Of a stretch of 64,000 nt of DNA, positions 16,841-32,447 are shown piece after piece (position 1 is the first letter of the stretch; each line of letters opens with the position of its first letter). The stretch is from Piromyces finnis finn (lineage: Eukaryota > Fungi > Neocallimastigomycota). A model generated the notes under the pieces. The model was given only the letters and a program-made list of their open reading frames with translations, was not told the origin of the DNA and ran no database searches. The DNA is taken from the NCBI GenBank assembly GCA_002104945.1, contig MCFH01000021.1, positions 756,239 through 820,238 of the forward strand, written 5' to 3'. The position numbers and the translations under genes were made by a program.

Positions 16841-17558
16841 TTTATTAAATTCAATATAAAATTTATTTTAATTTTTTTTTTTTTTTAATAATTAATGTTA
16901 CTTTCTTAAATTATACATATATTATAGATATAATATAATAATTAAATCTCAAATATAAAGTATCGTATTTTCTTAAAATTAAAACGATAAATATTCTAAT
17001 ATGTATAATAAATATTAATTATTTACAAAATAATAATTAGAACAAAAGAATTTTGAAAATATAAATATATGTAAATATTCAAAATTGTTATGGTTTATTT
17101 TATAATGTTTAAATATATTAATTCTATTTTAGTTTAAATAAAATAAGGATGATGAATATACGACAAATGACTAGTTTTTAAGATTTTTTTTTTTTGATTT
17201 TTGGTAATAAATAAAAGAAGAAAAAAAAAGGAAAAAGAAAAAAAGTTTTTGATATTATTTTATTATTTTTTTTATTTATATTAACGTTTATAATAAATGA
17301 AGTGGTTTTTTGTAAAATAAATAATGATAAAATATATAATGAAAAAAGAAAAATAAGCAAAAATATATTTATATATAAATATATAAAATAGAAATATTTA
17401 AAAATGCTATAAATATAAATAGTTGAAGTGTAAAAAAAGTTTTCTATTTTTTTTTTTTTTTTTTTTTTTTTTAATAAAAATAATATTATATTATTAATTG
17501 TTACTTTAATAGAAGAATAATAAACCGATAATTCTTACTGTTTTATATTATCATTTTT

Positions 17559-20500
17559 CTATTGTCTCATATAAAAACTTTTATTATAAATGTTAGTGTA
17601 CTTATTCTTTTGATATCTATATATATTACTGTTGTTTTGATTTCTAGTGTAAAGTGCATATACAATGCAAGCAATAATTAAAAATCCTAATAGATTAATA
17701 GCCCAATTATATTTATATAAACTATAAAATATAGCTCCTAAAACAAAGAAAAAGAGAAGATTTTGGTAGGAAGCCAAGAATCTAAAATTAAATTCTATTT
17801 TGTATAAAAATCTTGGAACATATATATTACGGCTTCCTAAACGGCTAAGAATTATATTATACTAAATGAAATTAATTAATAATCAATTATTAAACCAATT
17901 TGTATACTGCATTTTAATATTTATTCGTTTTTATAATAACCACTAAATATTTACCTGTTGATTAGTTTTATCTGATAAATAATTTGTTAAATGAACTAAG
18001 GGAGCAATTTCATAAGAGAATATCATTTCTCTTTGTCTTGGCGTAGGCTTAATTTTTATATTGGTATTATCACATTTACGTAAACCAAGCATAATCTAAA
18101 TATACATAATTATATAAAATTTAATATTTATTTTAATATTCTATATTTTACTCTTTTATATATTAATACTATTTATTTTTTTATTTATTGTATATATTAA
18201 GCTTTAACTTACTTGTTGTTTTCCCTCATATGTTAATTTACCATCAGTATTATAATCAGGAGCATAAACACCAGGTCTAATTTGTTTAGAATTCTCTACT
18301 ACACGAGGTTGTAATACATTTGGTGATATATGAGAAGGAATTTCCCAAATATTTTCAATTATTTTTAATATTCCTTTTAATGATTCTAACTGATTATTTA
18401 AAATTACATTCATTTCACGAGACTTTGGATTTAATTTATTAACTTGATTGACAACATACTTTGTAACCATAATAGTTTTATCAGAAATTGTTTTTATGTT
18501 AATACCATTGGATAGTTTATTTGATGAATTATCATTTATAAATGGTGAAATGCGTTGTTTTATTTGAGTGATAGCACTATTGATGCTTTCTATTATTACT
18601 GTTAACTATAATTATAATATAAATCATTATTAAAAAATAAAATAAATTATTAATTTTTTCTTCAAAATTATGAGTTTTTTCCTCTATTTTAAAAACTTAC
18701 AGTATCCCATGTTTCAAATTTTCCTTCTGTTAAAATATTAAATACTGGTTGATAATCTTTATCATATCCAAAGTCCATTAAATGGTTTTGTAATAGTATA
18801 ATAGATGGTTTATTAGATGTTGAATAACCTTGAATTTGTTGAACATTATCAACTGATAATATAATACTTTCAGTTTCTCTTAAGAATTTTAAAAGATTTT
18901 GATTAGAATAAACAGTGAGAACCTTTTTGAGCAAATTTAATTGATTCTTTTTAACACTTTCTGAAGTTTTGTTATTTATTCTAGAAAGTGAGAAATCGAA
19001 ATGAATAACTCTCGATAAGAAAGTCATAAATAATACTGAATAATATAAATAGTTATCATAGACATAAGATGCCCTATAATTATTCATTTATTTAGAAATA
19101 TATTAATTGTATTATATATTAGATCAAAATATATAATAAAATTAATTAATAAATAAATAAATATAAATGATATATCATATATATACACTGATATACTAAT
19201 TTTCTTACCAATCACCAGTAATATTAATATTCTTTTTCTTTTCTCCCCAAGGTTGAATATATGAGAGCCAAATATCAACAGCCTATGAATAAAATAAGAA
19301 AAAAAAAGTACATAATTTAATATATTAATATCACTTATTTTAATTCATAATTAATTTAAATATTATTTGAAATTTTTATTACTAATTCAAATGAAGTATC
19401 TAATGGCAAATGACGTAATGCTAATTGTAAGAATAAGAAAAGCTTGGAATGTAATGCTTGATAAGAATAACTATAAATTAAAAATATATATATTTAGTAT
19501 TAGATATTTTTTTTATTTCTTCTTAAAAATAATTTAATATAACATAATAAAAAAAAGCATACTCTTGTATTATTGAATAACTCAATTCATTATTATTATT
19601 ATTAATTAATGAAGTTTCATTCAAGTTATTTCTTTCGTTTAATAATAAAATAACATGCTTTACAACTTGATTGATACAAATAAGCATTGGTACTGATGGA
19701 TTATTATATGTCTGTTTTTTATATTATATTAAATATATTTAATAATTATTTCATAATTTATATTTATTTATTTAAATATAGCATAATTAATGCATACTCT
19801 TTTATTAGAATTTTTTAAATCATCAATAGAGACTTGATTTAACCATAATTCACAAACAGAATCGATAAAGAATTCAGCTATTTTTATTGAAGATGTTGAA
19901 TTCATAAATCTGTAAAATTTTATAATATGAGAATATAAACTTTTGATCTAAATAGAAATGTTATTATAACATTTAATAAATACATACCTGCATTCAAATA
20001 TACTTTTATGTGGAATATCTGGCGTAACTGTTAAATATATATAAATCCTAAATTAATTAAAACAGCTTATTAATTTTTTTATATTATTTTTTATTTTACC
20101 TTTCATTATTTTTTCTTTTGGTGGATTACAACCTTTTAAATTAGCATTATTTGATTTACTTGAAACTCCTACTTTTGATAGTTGAACTGAATTTTTCTTT
20201 AAGGATCTTAAACGATAAGAATCATTATAAATTGCTCCTGTTTCTTGTTTGGTTGGTTTTGCCATTACCCTAACTTTTGAATTTGATTCCAATGGAAGGA
20301 AATATTTTAAATATTGAACAAACAAATTTATGTATAGAAGATTATTTTTTGATATTTTTTCAGAAGTTCCATAATTATAATTTTTGTTTGATGGTTTATT
20401 TCCTGTTTTTAAATAATCATTGAAAATATATTGGCTTGCTGTTTTAAAAAAGTTGTTTGTTTTATTATCTTTTTGTTTATTTTTAATTTCTGTAACAGAA

Positions 20501-21579
20501 GGGAACATTATAAATTGTGACTAATCCATTAAATACAAATCTGATTAGAATATTAAAAAAAATTAAATAAAAATTAAAAGACAATAGAACTTTTAACTTA
20601 CAACTGAATTCAATTTATTGTTTTGTTTAAGCGTTAAAAAGAAAATGAAACAGAATATATAATATTCAATCATATCTATAATTTAAATAAATATTTTTAA
20701 ATGTAGTATGGATATACAAATTATGTGATATACTATTATAACATAGATTATATATAGATTATATTTTAAAAAAAGGATACTGAACATGATTTTTGCAGGT
20801 TGTTCTTGTGGTGAAGTTATGAAATTATCTCTTGGAGAAGTAAAGTAAGATTCCATTAAATGTAAATGAGTTTGATATATTAATGAAAGAGATTTATAAT
20901 CACCCATTTGAAATTGTTTCTGAACAGGAACCTATTTTAAAACAAATTTTAATTTATTTTAAATATTAAAAAAAATTTATATATTTGTACAATATGAAAT
21001 TTAAAATAACTTACGGGTAATTTATCTTGAAGAATCTCATATAAGCAATTTGATTCATTATAAAATTTTAATAAAAGTTGAACAAAATACCCATTTGGAT
21101 CCAATAAATTTAAAATATATAATTCATCTTTTTCGTTGTTATTAGTTTGTAAATAACCTCTATATTAATAATTTTTTAATTTTATTAAGATTATTTAAAA
21201 GTATATATTAGCATTTTAATACTTATAAATTATTAATTTTGAACAATAACGGTTAAAAAAAAATAAATCAAATTTATAATTTAAATTTAAATATAGATTT
21301 TAACTATAGAAATAATTTAGTAAATTCAATATAAATTAAGCACAAATTACTCTTAAAGATTTCCATTAAATAAAAATTTTAATAATTATTTATAACATAA
21401 TTTTAATAATACCTATTGTTTTTTGAACCAAATAATCTTGAACATAATCTTGGCAAGGAATCAAAAATTATGTTAGGTCTTTCATTTGTTTCCCATATTT
21501 GAGAAAAATTACTTTGAATTGTATAATAAAATTCATTTACTGGTAATTGAGTTGATAATATTTTTGATAATTCAAACAT
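17559..21579 (-). CDS. SMPD4: Sphingomyelin phosphodiesterase 4 / neutral sphingomyelinase-3-like protein, multi-exon, C-terminal TM anchor
   Basis: Start MFELSKILSTQLPV (ATG 21579). Spliced motifs MIEYYIFCF, FIDSVCELWLNQ, YQALHSKLFLFLQLALRHLPLDTSFE..|AVDIWLSYIQPW, VYDNYLYYSVLF, FSYEIAPLVHL and FLASYQNLLFFF match the SMPD4 signatures (LQHCFGHWPLDASF..WLSYLQPW, RSYEIASLV, FLGSYRTL). Confidence 0.88.
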
Positions 21580-21944
21580 TTTTTTTTTTTTTTTTTTTTT
21601 TTTTTTATTGTTATTATAAAGAAAAAAATGATATTATATTGAGAATTAATTAAGTATATATTGTTTTTATTTGTAGTACTTTTTTTAACTTTAAATGGAA
21701 ATAAACGAATAAAAGAAAGATAATTGATTTTTATAATTTCTTAATATTAATAGTTTTTGTGAAGATTTCTAGTTAAATTAATAAATTTTCAAATTCTCAT
21801 TCTCATATATATTCTTATTTTACTAATAAATATAATAAAAAAAATGGTCTTTTTAAAACGAATATTGCATATGTTTAAAAGTTTTCGTTTTTACTTAAAT
21901 TTCTTAATGCAACAATTCCTTTAACCAAATGATCTTCTATTATT

Positions 21945-21989
<45 letters not shown>

Positions 21990-22628
21990 TATAAAAATTA
22001 AATAAGGTTTTTGTTACATACTATTATGATACGTAAAATCTATCATACATACAATATATTAAATACTACTAAATAAATTTTTAAAAAAAAAGATGGGAGT
22101 GAGAAATAATCAATGTAATAAGTGTTTTTAATGAATGTTATAATAAATAAAACTAAGCTAAATTCTCGTTGAATATATTCAAATAGTATGGGTTATATGT
22201 TATTATATTTAATTTTATAAAATCAAAAATATATAATATATTATAATTATATAACTGCTTTTAGATTTTTGCTTAATAGTAAATAGAAAATTATTATAAA
22301 TTTTCATTTAATTAATCTTAACCTATAAATAAAACAATAATTTTAATTAAATTTTATATAACTATAACTTTGAAAAAATTTATCAATATCACCTACTGAA
22401 ATTTTAATAAAGTAAAACTTAAATAGGTAAATATTTTCAGATGACGTGTTAAATTATTTATTTGTTTCCTTTAATAATTAATAATATTTTTATCATTTTA
22501 ATAATAAAATAATAAGAAAATATTAACTTTTATATATATTATTATATTTTTTTTATTTATTAAAATAAAAAATAAACATAAAAATAAATAAATATTTTAA
22601 TATTATATGAAAATAATATAGTATCAAA

Positions 22629-24135
22629 ATGTCTGTAAGTACTAACCAACGTATAGGAGAAGATATCTGGAAATTAAAGACAGAAAGAATTGTAAATTAT
22701 TTTATTAAATATGCTTAATCTATCTATATCATTTCAATAAATTTATTATTCATCAAATTAAACATTTTATTTATTATTGATAAACATTCAAAAAATTAAG
22801 AATGCAGAATTATTTACTCTTACTTATGGATCCATTGTAACTCAATTAATAAAAGATTATGAAGACTATAATGAAGTTAACAAACAATTAGAGAAAATGT
22901 ATGCTATTAAATGTCATTTAATTTGTTGTTTCTTAAAAATAATATAATAATTATAAATGAAAGAATGAATAAATGAAATAAAAGTATTATAAAAAAAGGG
23001 GGATTAGTATATAATATTTAAAGGAGAATTTAAAAATGAAATTAAAATTATTTTTCATTTTCATAAAAAAAAGTAGAAACACTACTTCTTAAATTATGTA
23101 TTTCAATAATTTTTGAACAATAACAAAAAATAAAATAATAAATAATACTATTTTGGGAACTTTATATTAACTAAATAATAAATAAATAAAAAATGAAATA
23201 AATCAAATTGACATTAAATATATTATAAGTAATATTGCAAATATATAACTATAATATGATAAAAGAAGAGAAAGAAGACAGGAAACATAACATAAAAAAG
23301 AAGGAAATGAAAATAATTATAATTGTATTATTTATTCAAAAAAGTATATATGATGTAATTAAGTAAACAATAACACTAGTTTTACTGGTAGAATCTTAAA
23401 TTCACTAGTTCATAATAAAAAAAGGATAAAAAATTTATCATTAATTTTAAAATATAAATATTGATATATAATTTCACATTATGTTATATTATTCATATAT
23501 AGGGGATACAATATAGGATGTCGTTTAATTGAAGATTTTCTTGCAAAAACAAATATTCCACGTTGTAAAAATTTTAAAGAAACTTCTGAAGTTATTAGTA
23601 AAGTATGTATTAAATAAATTTAAATTATAAATAAATACAAACATAATATTATTAAATAAATAAATCTAATCCAATTTTATAATTAATATCTCAAATAAAA
23701 ACATCAAAAGATTGGTTTCAAAATATTTTTAAATATTGTGCCAAATGTAGCAAATTGGAGTCCAGATGAAAAAGAATTTTCATTAATTTTCGAAGAAAAT
23801 CCATTAACAGAATTTGTTGAACTTCCAGAAGATGCAATGGATTTATGGTATTCCAACATTTTGTGTGGTGTTATACGAGGAGCATTAGAATTGGTTAGTA
23901 TTAATAATAAATAATAAATTAATTATATATCAAAAAAATTAAATAAAATATACTTAATTTTCATAAACAATCAAAATAAAATAATAAATAAATATTAATA
24001 AATTAAATATAATAGGTCCAAATGCAAGTTGAATGCGAATTTGTAAGTTGCGTTTTGCATGGTGATGATGTCTCTGAAATAAGAGTTAAGCTTATTAGAA
24101 TATTAGAGGAAGAAGTTCCAGCTGGTGAAGATTAG
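22629..24135 (+). CDS. BET3: TRAPP complex subunit BET3/TRAPPC3 (5 exons)
   Basis: Spliced: ...[12 protein letters not shown]|[33 protein letters not shown]|[15 protein letters not shown]...|[11 protein letters not shown]...[12 protein letters not shown]...[17 protein letters not shown]|VQMQVEC...EEEVPAGED*. Canonical BET3 sequence. Confidence 0.97.
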
Positions 24136-25768
24136 ATAATTTTAATAAAAATTTAATTATAATATGAAAATTGACAACAGCAACTACAATATAACAAATA
24201 AACACTGAAACTAATAAAATAAAATTAATAAATATATTTCACAAAACATTATTTTTTCTTTTACCAAATAACATTAAAACATTGTTTAAAAACTTATAAT
24301 AATAATATTATTATTTTATTAAATAAAATAAATATATATATAAATAAAATAAATATATATTAAATTAAAAAAAAATATATTTAAAAAACAATTCACAACA
24401 ATAAACATAATAATTTTAATTTTTCATCAAAACAACATAAATTTTAAACATTTTATTTTCTTTATTTCCAAATTATTTTTTTTTTCAAATATTTAAAAAT
24501 TAGTAACTATAATTTATATATAATTTAAAACTAAATTAATTTTAATCAAAAATATAAAATTTAAAATTTATTTTATTAAATACAATTTAAAAGTATGCTA
24601 CATTTAATGAGAAATACATTTGTTTGATTAAAAAAATTTTGTAGATATTTATAGCCAATCATATTTAATAATATTAATGAGGCTTTATTATATAATATTT
24701 AAAATGTATTAAAAATGTATCAAATTTTATTTTTAGATGTCTTTTTATGTTACATTATAAATATGTCTTAGTAGTAATAATAATTAAAAATGTATGAATA
24801 TATACATAATATACATATTTAGTTTTTCACTTATTTATTTTTGAAATATAATAAAAATAATAGAAATCCAATATTTTATATAAATTATATTTAAACATTT
24901 ATTAGAGCCAATAAAATAAATATTACTTAATGTATTATTTTAATCAATTGTTATATAAGTATAATTTTACATTTATAATATTACAATATAAAAATTAATT
25001 TGTTCAATATATTGATAATGTACTATTATTATATTATTATTCAATAATATATTTTTATAATTATCTTGAATAAAAAAAATCTTTTCTTTTCACAAAAAAA
25101 TTATTATAGTTAATATTACTATACTATAAATAATCCATAATCCATAATAATCTAAAAATGTAATTATCAAATCGAATATTAAAAATAAAATAATAATAAT
25201 AATTGAAAATAAATAAGAAATATACTATCTTTCATTTAAATCTTTAATAATTAATAATCTGTATGAAGCAAATAAATTTTTACAAAAAAAAAAGTCTTTT
25301 TACTTATGAATTTCAAATCAACGATTCAATAGTAGCAATAAATATTAATGATTTAAATTAACAAAAGGAAAATATTTGATTTTATTGGAAAAATAAAATA
25401 AAAAATAAAAAAAAGTTAATCAAAAATAATTAAATGATTATTTAATTCGATTAAATAATCATTTAAAAAGGAAAAAGAAGAAAAAAAAAACATAATTCAA
25501 TAAAACAAATACTTGATGAAATAAATACAAAATAATTATTAAGTCTTTTTAAATTCAAAAAAAAAAATAATAAAATGCTATATTTTCAGAAGTTATATTT
25601 TAAATAATTAATTTTTTTTTTATAATGTTGTTATATTAAAGTAAATCTATTTGTGGTATAATAAAAAAATATTTACTTATAAAATGTTTTTCAATATATT
25701 TTTATATACTTTTATCATTATATATTTTATTAATATTTAATTAAAACATTGAAAATGAATATATAAGA

Positions 25769-28335
<2,567 letters not shown>

Positions 28336-28869
28336 ATGGATTTAAAAAATACATATTAATTTCTTTAACTACCAAAAAAAAGCCTAGTATAAATAATAAT
28401 GATAAATTTACATTATAGTAGAAAATAATTTAAAAAGAAATTATAAATATATATATTTTTTTAAAAAAAATTCAAAAAGGAAAAAAAGGAAAAGAAACAA
28501 AAAGCCTCACTGAAATGTATAAAAGCTAAAAAAAAAAATTAAAATTATTTAAAAATAAATATTATTTAAAAAAATATTGTCATTAATAATAAGAATAATA
28601 ATTATATATAATACAAATATAATTTTTAATTTTTATTGATACAAATAAAATATATATATTAAGACTTTATAAAAATATATAAAATTAAATCAAAATAAAA
28701 CTATATAAAATATAAAAATACATTTTATTTTATATATATATAATATATATATTTGTGTGTGTGTGTGTGTGTTTGCCATATAAATGATGAAAAATGGATA
28801 AAATCTATGAAAATATTTTAAAAAGTAAACTTTATCAAAAAGAATAAATGGGTTACCATAAGACTTTAT

Positions 28870-29702
28870 TCTCTTATTATGCTCCTTTACTTAGTTCCAA
28901 CAAAAATAGAACTAGAAGAGTCCAATCTCTTATCAATACTGCTGTTTTATGGAATGTCAATAGCTTTCACAATAAAAGTCTTAATAACAAAGATTTTGTT
29001 TTTGAACGAAATTCATTTATTAGTCTGTATGCTCTTACAAGAGATATGAAGATTCCTACCCTTTCGGGTATTTGTGCTGCGCAACAAGTGAAATGCTTTG
29101 TTAAATGGAGAAAATCAAATTGTATTATTAAAGATCTCGTCCGATCTATTCCTCCCATGTCTCATTACACTTGGGCCAAGGAATCTTGTTCACTTCATAA
29201 GAAGCTTATGAAAATAAATATTAAAAGTACTAAAGATATTAGAGAATATTATTGGAATAATAATGGAAGTAAAGCCCTCAGATATACTAACAACAAATTC
29301 CTTAATTCAAATCGCCTAATGCCTATCTGTCTCAATAAACCTCACTTAAATTTAGGAATTACCTGGATTATTTGTATTCGATACGGTTATGAATACACTA
29401 CCCACACTATCATACCTGATGTTACTTCTTTTTTTTTATTTCATTTAATTTATTAGGTAGGGACCAATTTCACACAGTACAAAATGCAGAGTTCATTGAT
29501 CTTTTATGCAATTTAAATAATTATTTTATATTATTTTATATTTATATTTTATTATTTTTATTTATATATATTTTATTATTTTTATTTATTATTTATTATA
29601 TCAATATGTATTATCACCTAATATTATGTAATATCACGAATTAAATAAATAAAAGATGTGTATTCTCTTTCTAGTCTAAAAAAAAAAAAAAAAAAAAAAA
29701 AA
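28870..29702 (+). mobile_element. 5'-truncated LINE (non-LTR retrotransposon) copy 1, family A, with poly(A) tail and 15-bp TSD
   Basis: ACCATAAGACTTTAT at 28855-28869 is repeated at 29703-29717 directly after a 25-A tail (29678-29702). The interior encodes a post-RT ORF2-like peptide (YYAPLLSSNK..IPTLSGICAAQQVKCFVKWRKSNCIIKDLV..YTWAK..YYW..GITWIICIRYGY) homologous to copy 2. Confidence 0.8.
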
Positions 29703-29738
29703 ACCATAAGACTTTATATCAGATTGTCTTATGTTTAT

Positions 29739-30271
29739 CTCAAAAGATTTGAATATTCCTCCATTGTCAGCCAAATGCTTAGGTTAGATGTTTTAACAAA
29801 TGGAAAAACTCAAATTGTATTATCTCACACCTTGTCAATTACATTCCTAAATTTAGAAAATACACGTGGTGCAAATCAAGTAGGACACTTGATAAAAAAT
29901 TAAAGAAGCATGGAGATGTCAAAAGCAATTAAAAACTTTTATTGGAAAGATCTCAAAGGGAATTCAACCAAAACGCAATATTATGATGATAATAAATTTA
30001 TTAAAACTAAAGATTTTATCAAATTATGTTATGAATACCCAGTGTTTGCCTATGGCTTCTACTAGCTATTGAAAGCAAGAAGGGGATACAAGTTGGATGC
30101 TAGAGTTGCAAAAACTGCTAAATTTGTTGATTCAGTTTGTCCTAACTACTATCTATGTTGCAAGTGTGGTGTTCAAAGTATTAAGCATTGGTTATTAGAT
30201 TTTTTTTTATTATTAATTTTAATTAAATTAATAATAAAGTTTAAAATATTTGATGCAGTTAAAAAAAAAAA
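29739..30271 (+). mobile_element. 5'-truncated, decayed LINE copy 2, family B, with poly(A) tail and 14-bp TSD
   Basis: TGTCTTATGTTTAT at 29725-29738 is repeated at 30272-30285 after an 11-A tail. Frameshifted peptide SKDLNIPPLSA..RCFNKWKNSNCIISHLV..YTWCKSS../..FYW..GFY*LLKARRGY..CCKCGVQSIKHWLLD includes a degenerate C-terminal CCHC-type knuckle typical of LINE ORF2. Confidence 0.82.
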
Positions 30272-30420
30272 TGTCTTATGTTTATTAATTTTTAAATATA
30301 GTTTACTTAATTTTAGGAATTAATTTATCTGTAATTGTTATGGCTATCAGAATGCTACTAAAATGTTACTTTTTATTTATTTATTATTGTTGTTGTTGTT
30401 AATATTACTAATACTATCAT

Positions 30421-30814
<394 letters not shown>

Positions 30815-31921
30815 TTAGTTTTAATATACTCAATAAAACTACCTTTCTGAGAGCTCTTAACATAAGCAAGAGTCATATTGTATTAATTTAGCAAAACAAA
30901 AACAAAACAAAAAAAAAAAAAAAAACATTTCAAAATGTTTCTTATATAAAGTACAAATTTACCAAGTTTATCGAATTAGTTGTTATACAATTAAAATAAT
31001 ATTTTTCATTCTGTAACATTTATATATAAAATATTTTTTCTTGTTATTTTTCACCAGAAATCACATCGAATAATTAATATTTTAAATTGAAAGGTTAAAT
31101 TAAATTTTTTTTTAAATATTAAATTTAAACAAAAAAAAAATTCTTGAGATTTAAAATATGAAAATGAAACCTTTTTCATTATCAATATTATTAATTCATT
31201 TATTTAATGTTTTAGCTAAAAAGAAAAATAACATTTTAACACAATAATATATTATATTAAAATCAAGCAAACATATCTTCTTTTATATACGATTTTTGTT
31301 CACTTGTACTAAAACAATAATAAACTTAAATTTTATTCATTTCCATTATTCTTCTTTTAATCCCAGTAGATAAAATAATAAAATATAAAGAATTTGTGAA
31401 AAAAACTTAATAATAAAATTATCGAAATTAAAAATTAAAATTATATATTATAAATAAATTTTAATATATTAAAGTAATAAATAAAATACTTCATAATATA
31501 CATAAGATAGTATTACAATGTTTTAACTTTATCATAACTTTTATAAATTGTATCCTCATAAGTTAAGTAAAATATATACATATATACAGTAATAAATAAA
31601 TTATTCCCTATTTTCCTCAAACTAAATAAAATAACAATTAATAAGTAATTTATAATTTCATCTTAACATTGTGAACTTTCAAAAAAATATATCTAAATGG
31701 ATTTAAAAAACAATTATATTGTTATATATATTGTAATACATTATAATATATAGATATTTATTTTTAACCAATCAAATAATGTTTAATAAGCCATTTCATA
31801 TTAATTTTAAAATATAGAAATTAAAAAAAACCAAATTTTAATAATTATATAATTATAATTTGAATGTATTATAATATATTGTTCCAATATATTATTTAAT
31901 TGGTTCCTTTATTCATATAGT

Positions 31922-31959
<38 letters not shown>

Positions 31960-32447
31960 CTTTGCATAAAAATAATATCGTAAAGTGTTAATTAGATTTA
32001 TAGAAAAAAAAAAATCAATTAAAAGTAAGTTAAAATGAATATACATATTCATTTAAAAATAATAATAAATGAGGTTTAATCAATGAGGTTTAATCGTTTT
32101 TTAAAAGTTTAATAATAAAATCAAAAGATAATTTAAAAAATATAATTTATTAAGTAAAACTATGCTAAAATAATTTTAAAAGAAAAACAATAGTCAATTC
32201 GAAAAATTAAACATAAAAATTAATGATTAAAAATTAATTTCACAGAAAAATGAAAATATAATGCTTTTTTTAATAATATAAATATATTGTAATTTACAAA
32301 TTAATTTTAAATAAGAATATTAACTAAAATTTTAAATTATTAATATATAATATTTAGGGGTTTAATATATATTTATATACTATTATTTAATATTTTTTTT
32401 TCATATATTTATTTAATTATTTATCTATCTTTATACCAAAAATCAAT

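Noticed and set aside
16181-16859. Overlapping ORFs 16181..16567(-), 16191..16571(+) and 16584..16859(+) with apparent internal repeats
   Set aside because: Shadow frames of the RD-repeat coding sequence, kept open by its repeat structure.
21948-21983. Long poly(A) runs (also ~42291-42318 and ~51721-51753) as retro-insertion tails
   Set aside because: I found no flanking TSD or element body, and homopolymer runs are ubiquitous in this genome.
22440-22448. TGACGT CRE/ATF-like site in the SMPD4-BET3 divergent promoter
   Set aside because: A single hexamer with no conservation or expression evidence.
28784-28790. ATGATGA box-C-like motif upstream of the LINE hotspot (possible C/D snoRNA)
   Set aside because: No box D (CTGA) at a suitable distance on the same strand in the reconstructed empty site, and no terminal stem.
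32057-32085. Tandem AATGAGGTTTAATC x2 upstream of importin
   Set aside because: Only two copies, consistent with a simple local duplication. It is not a CRISPR-like array.
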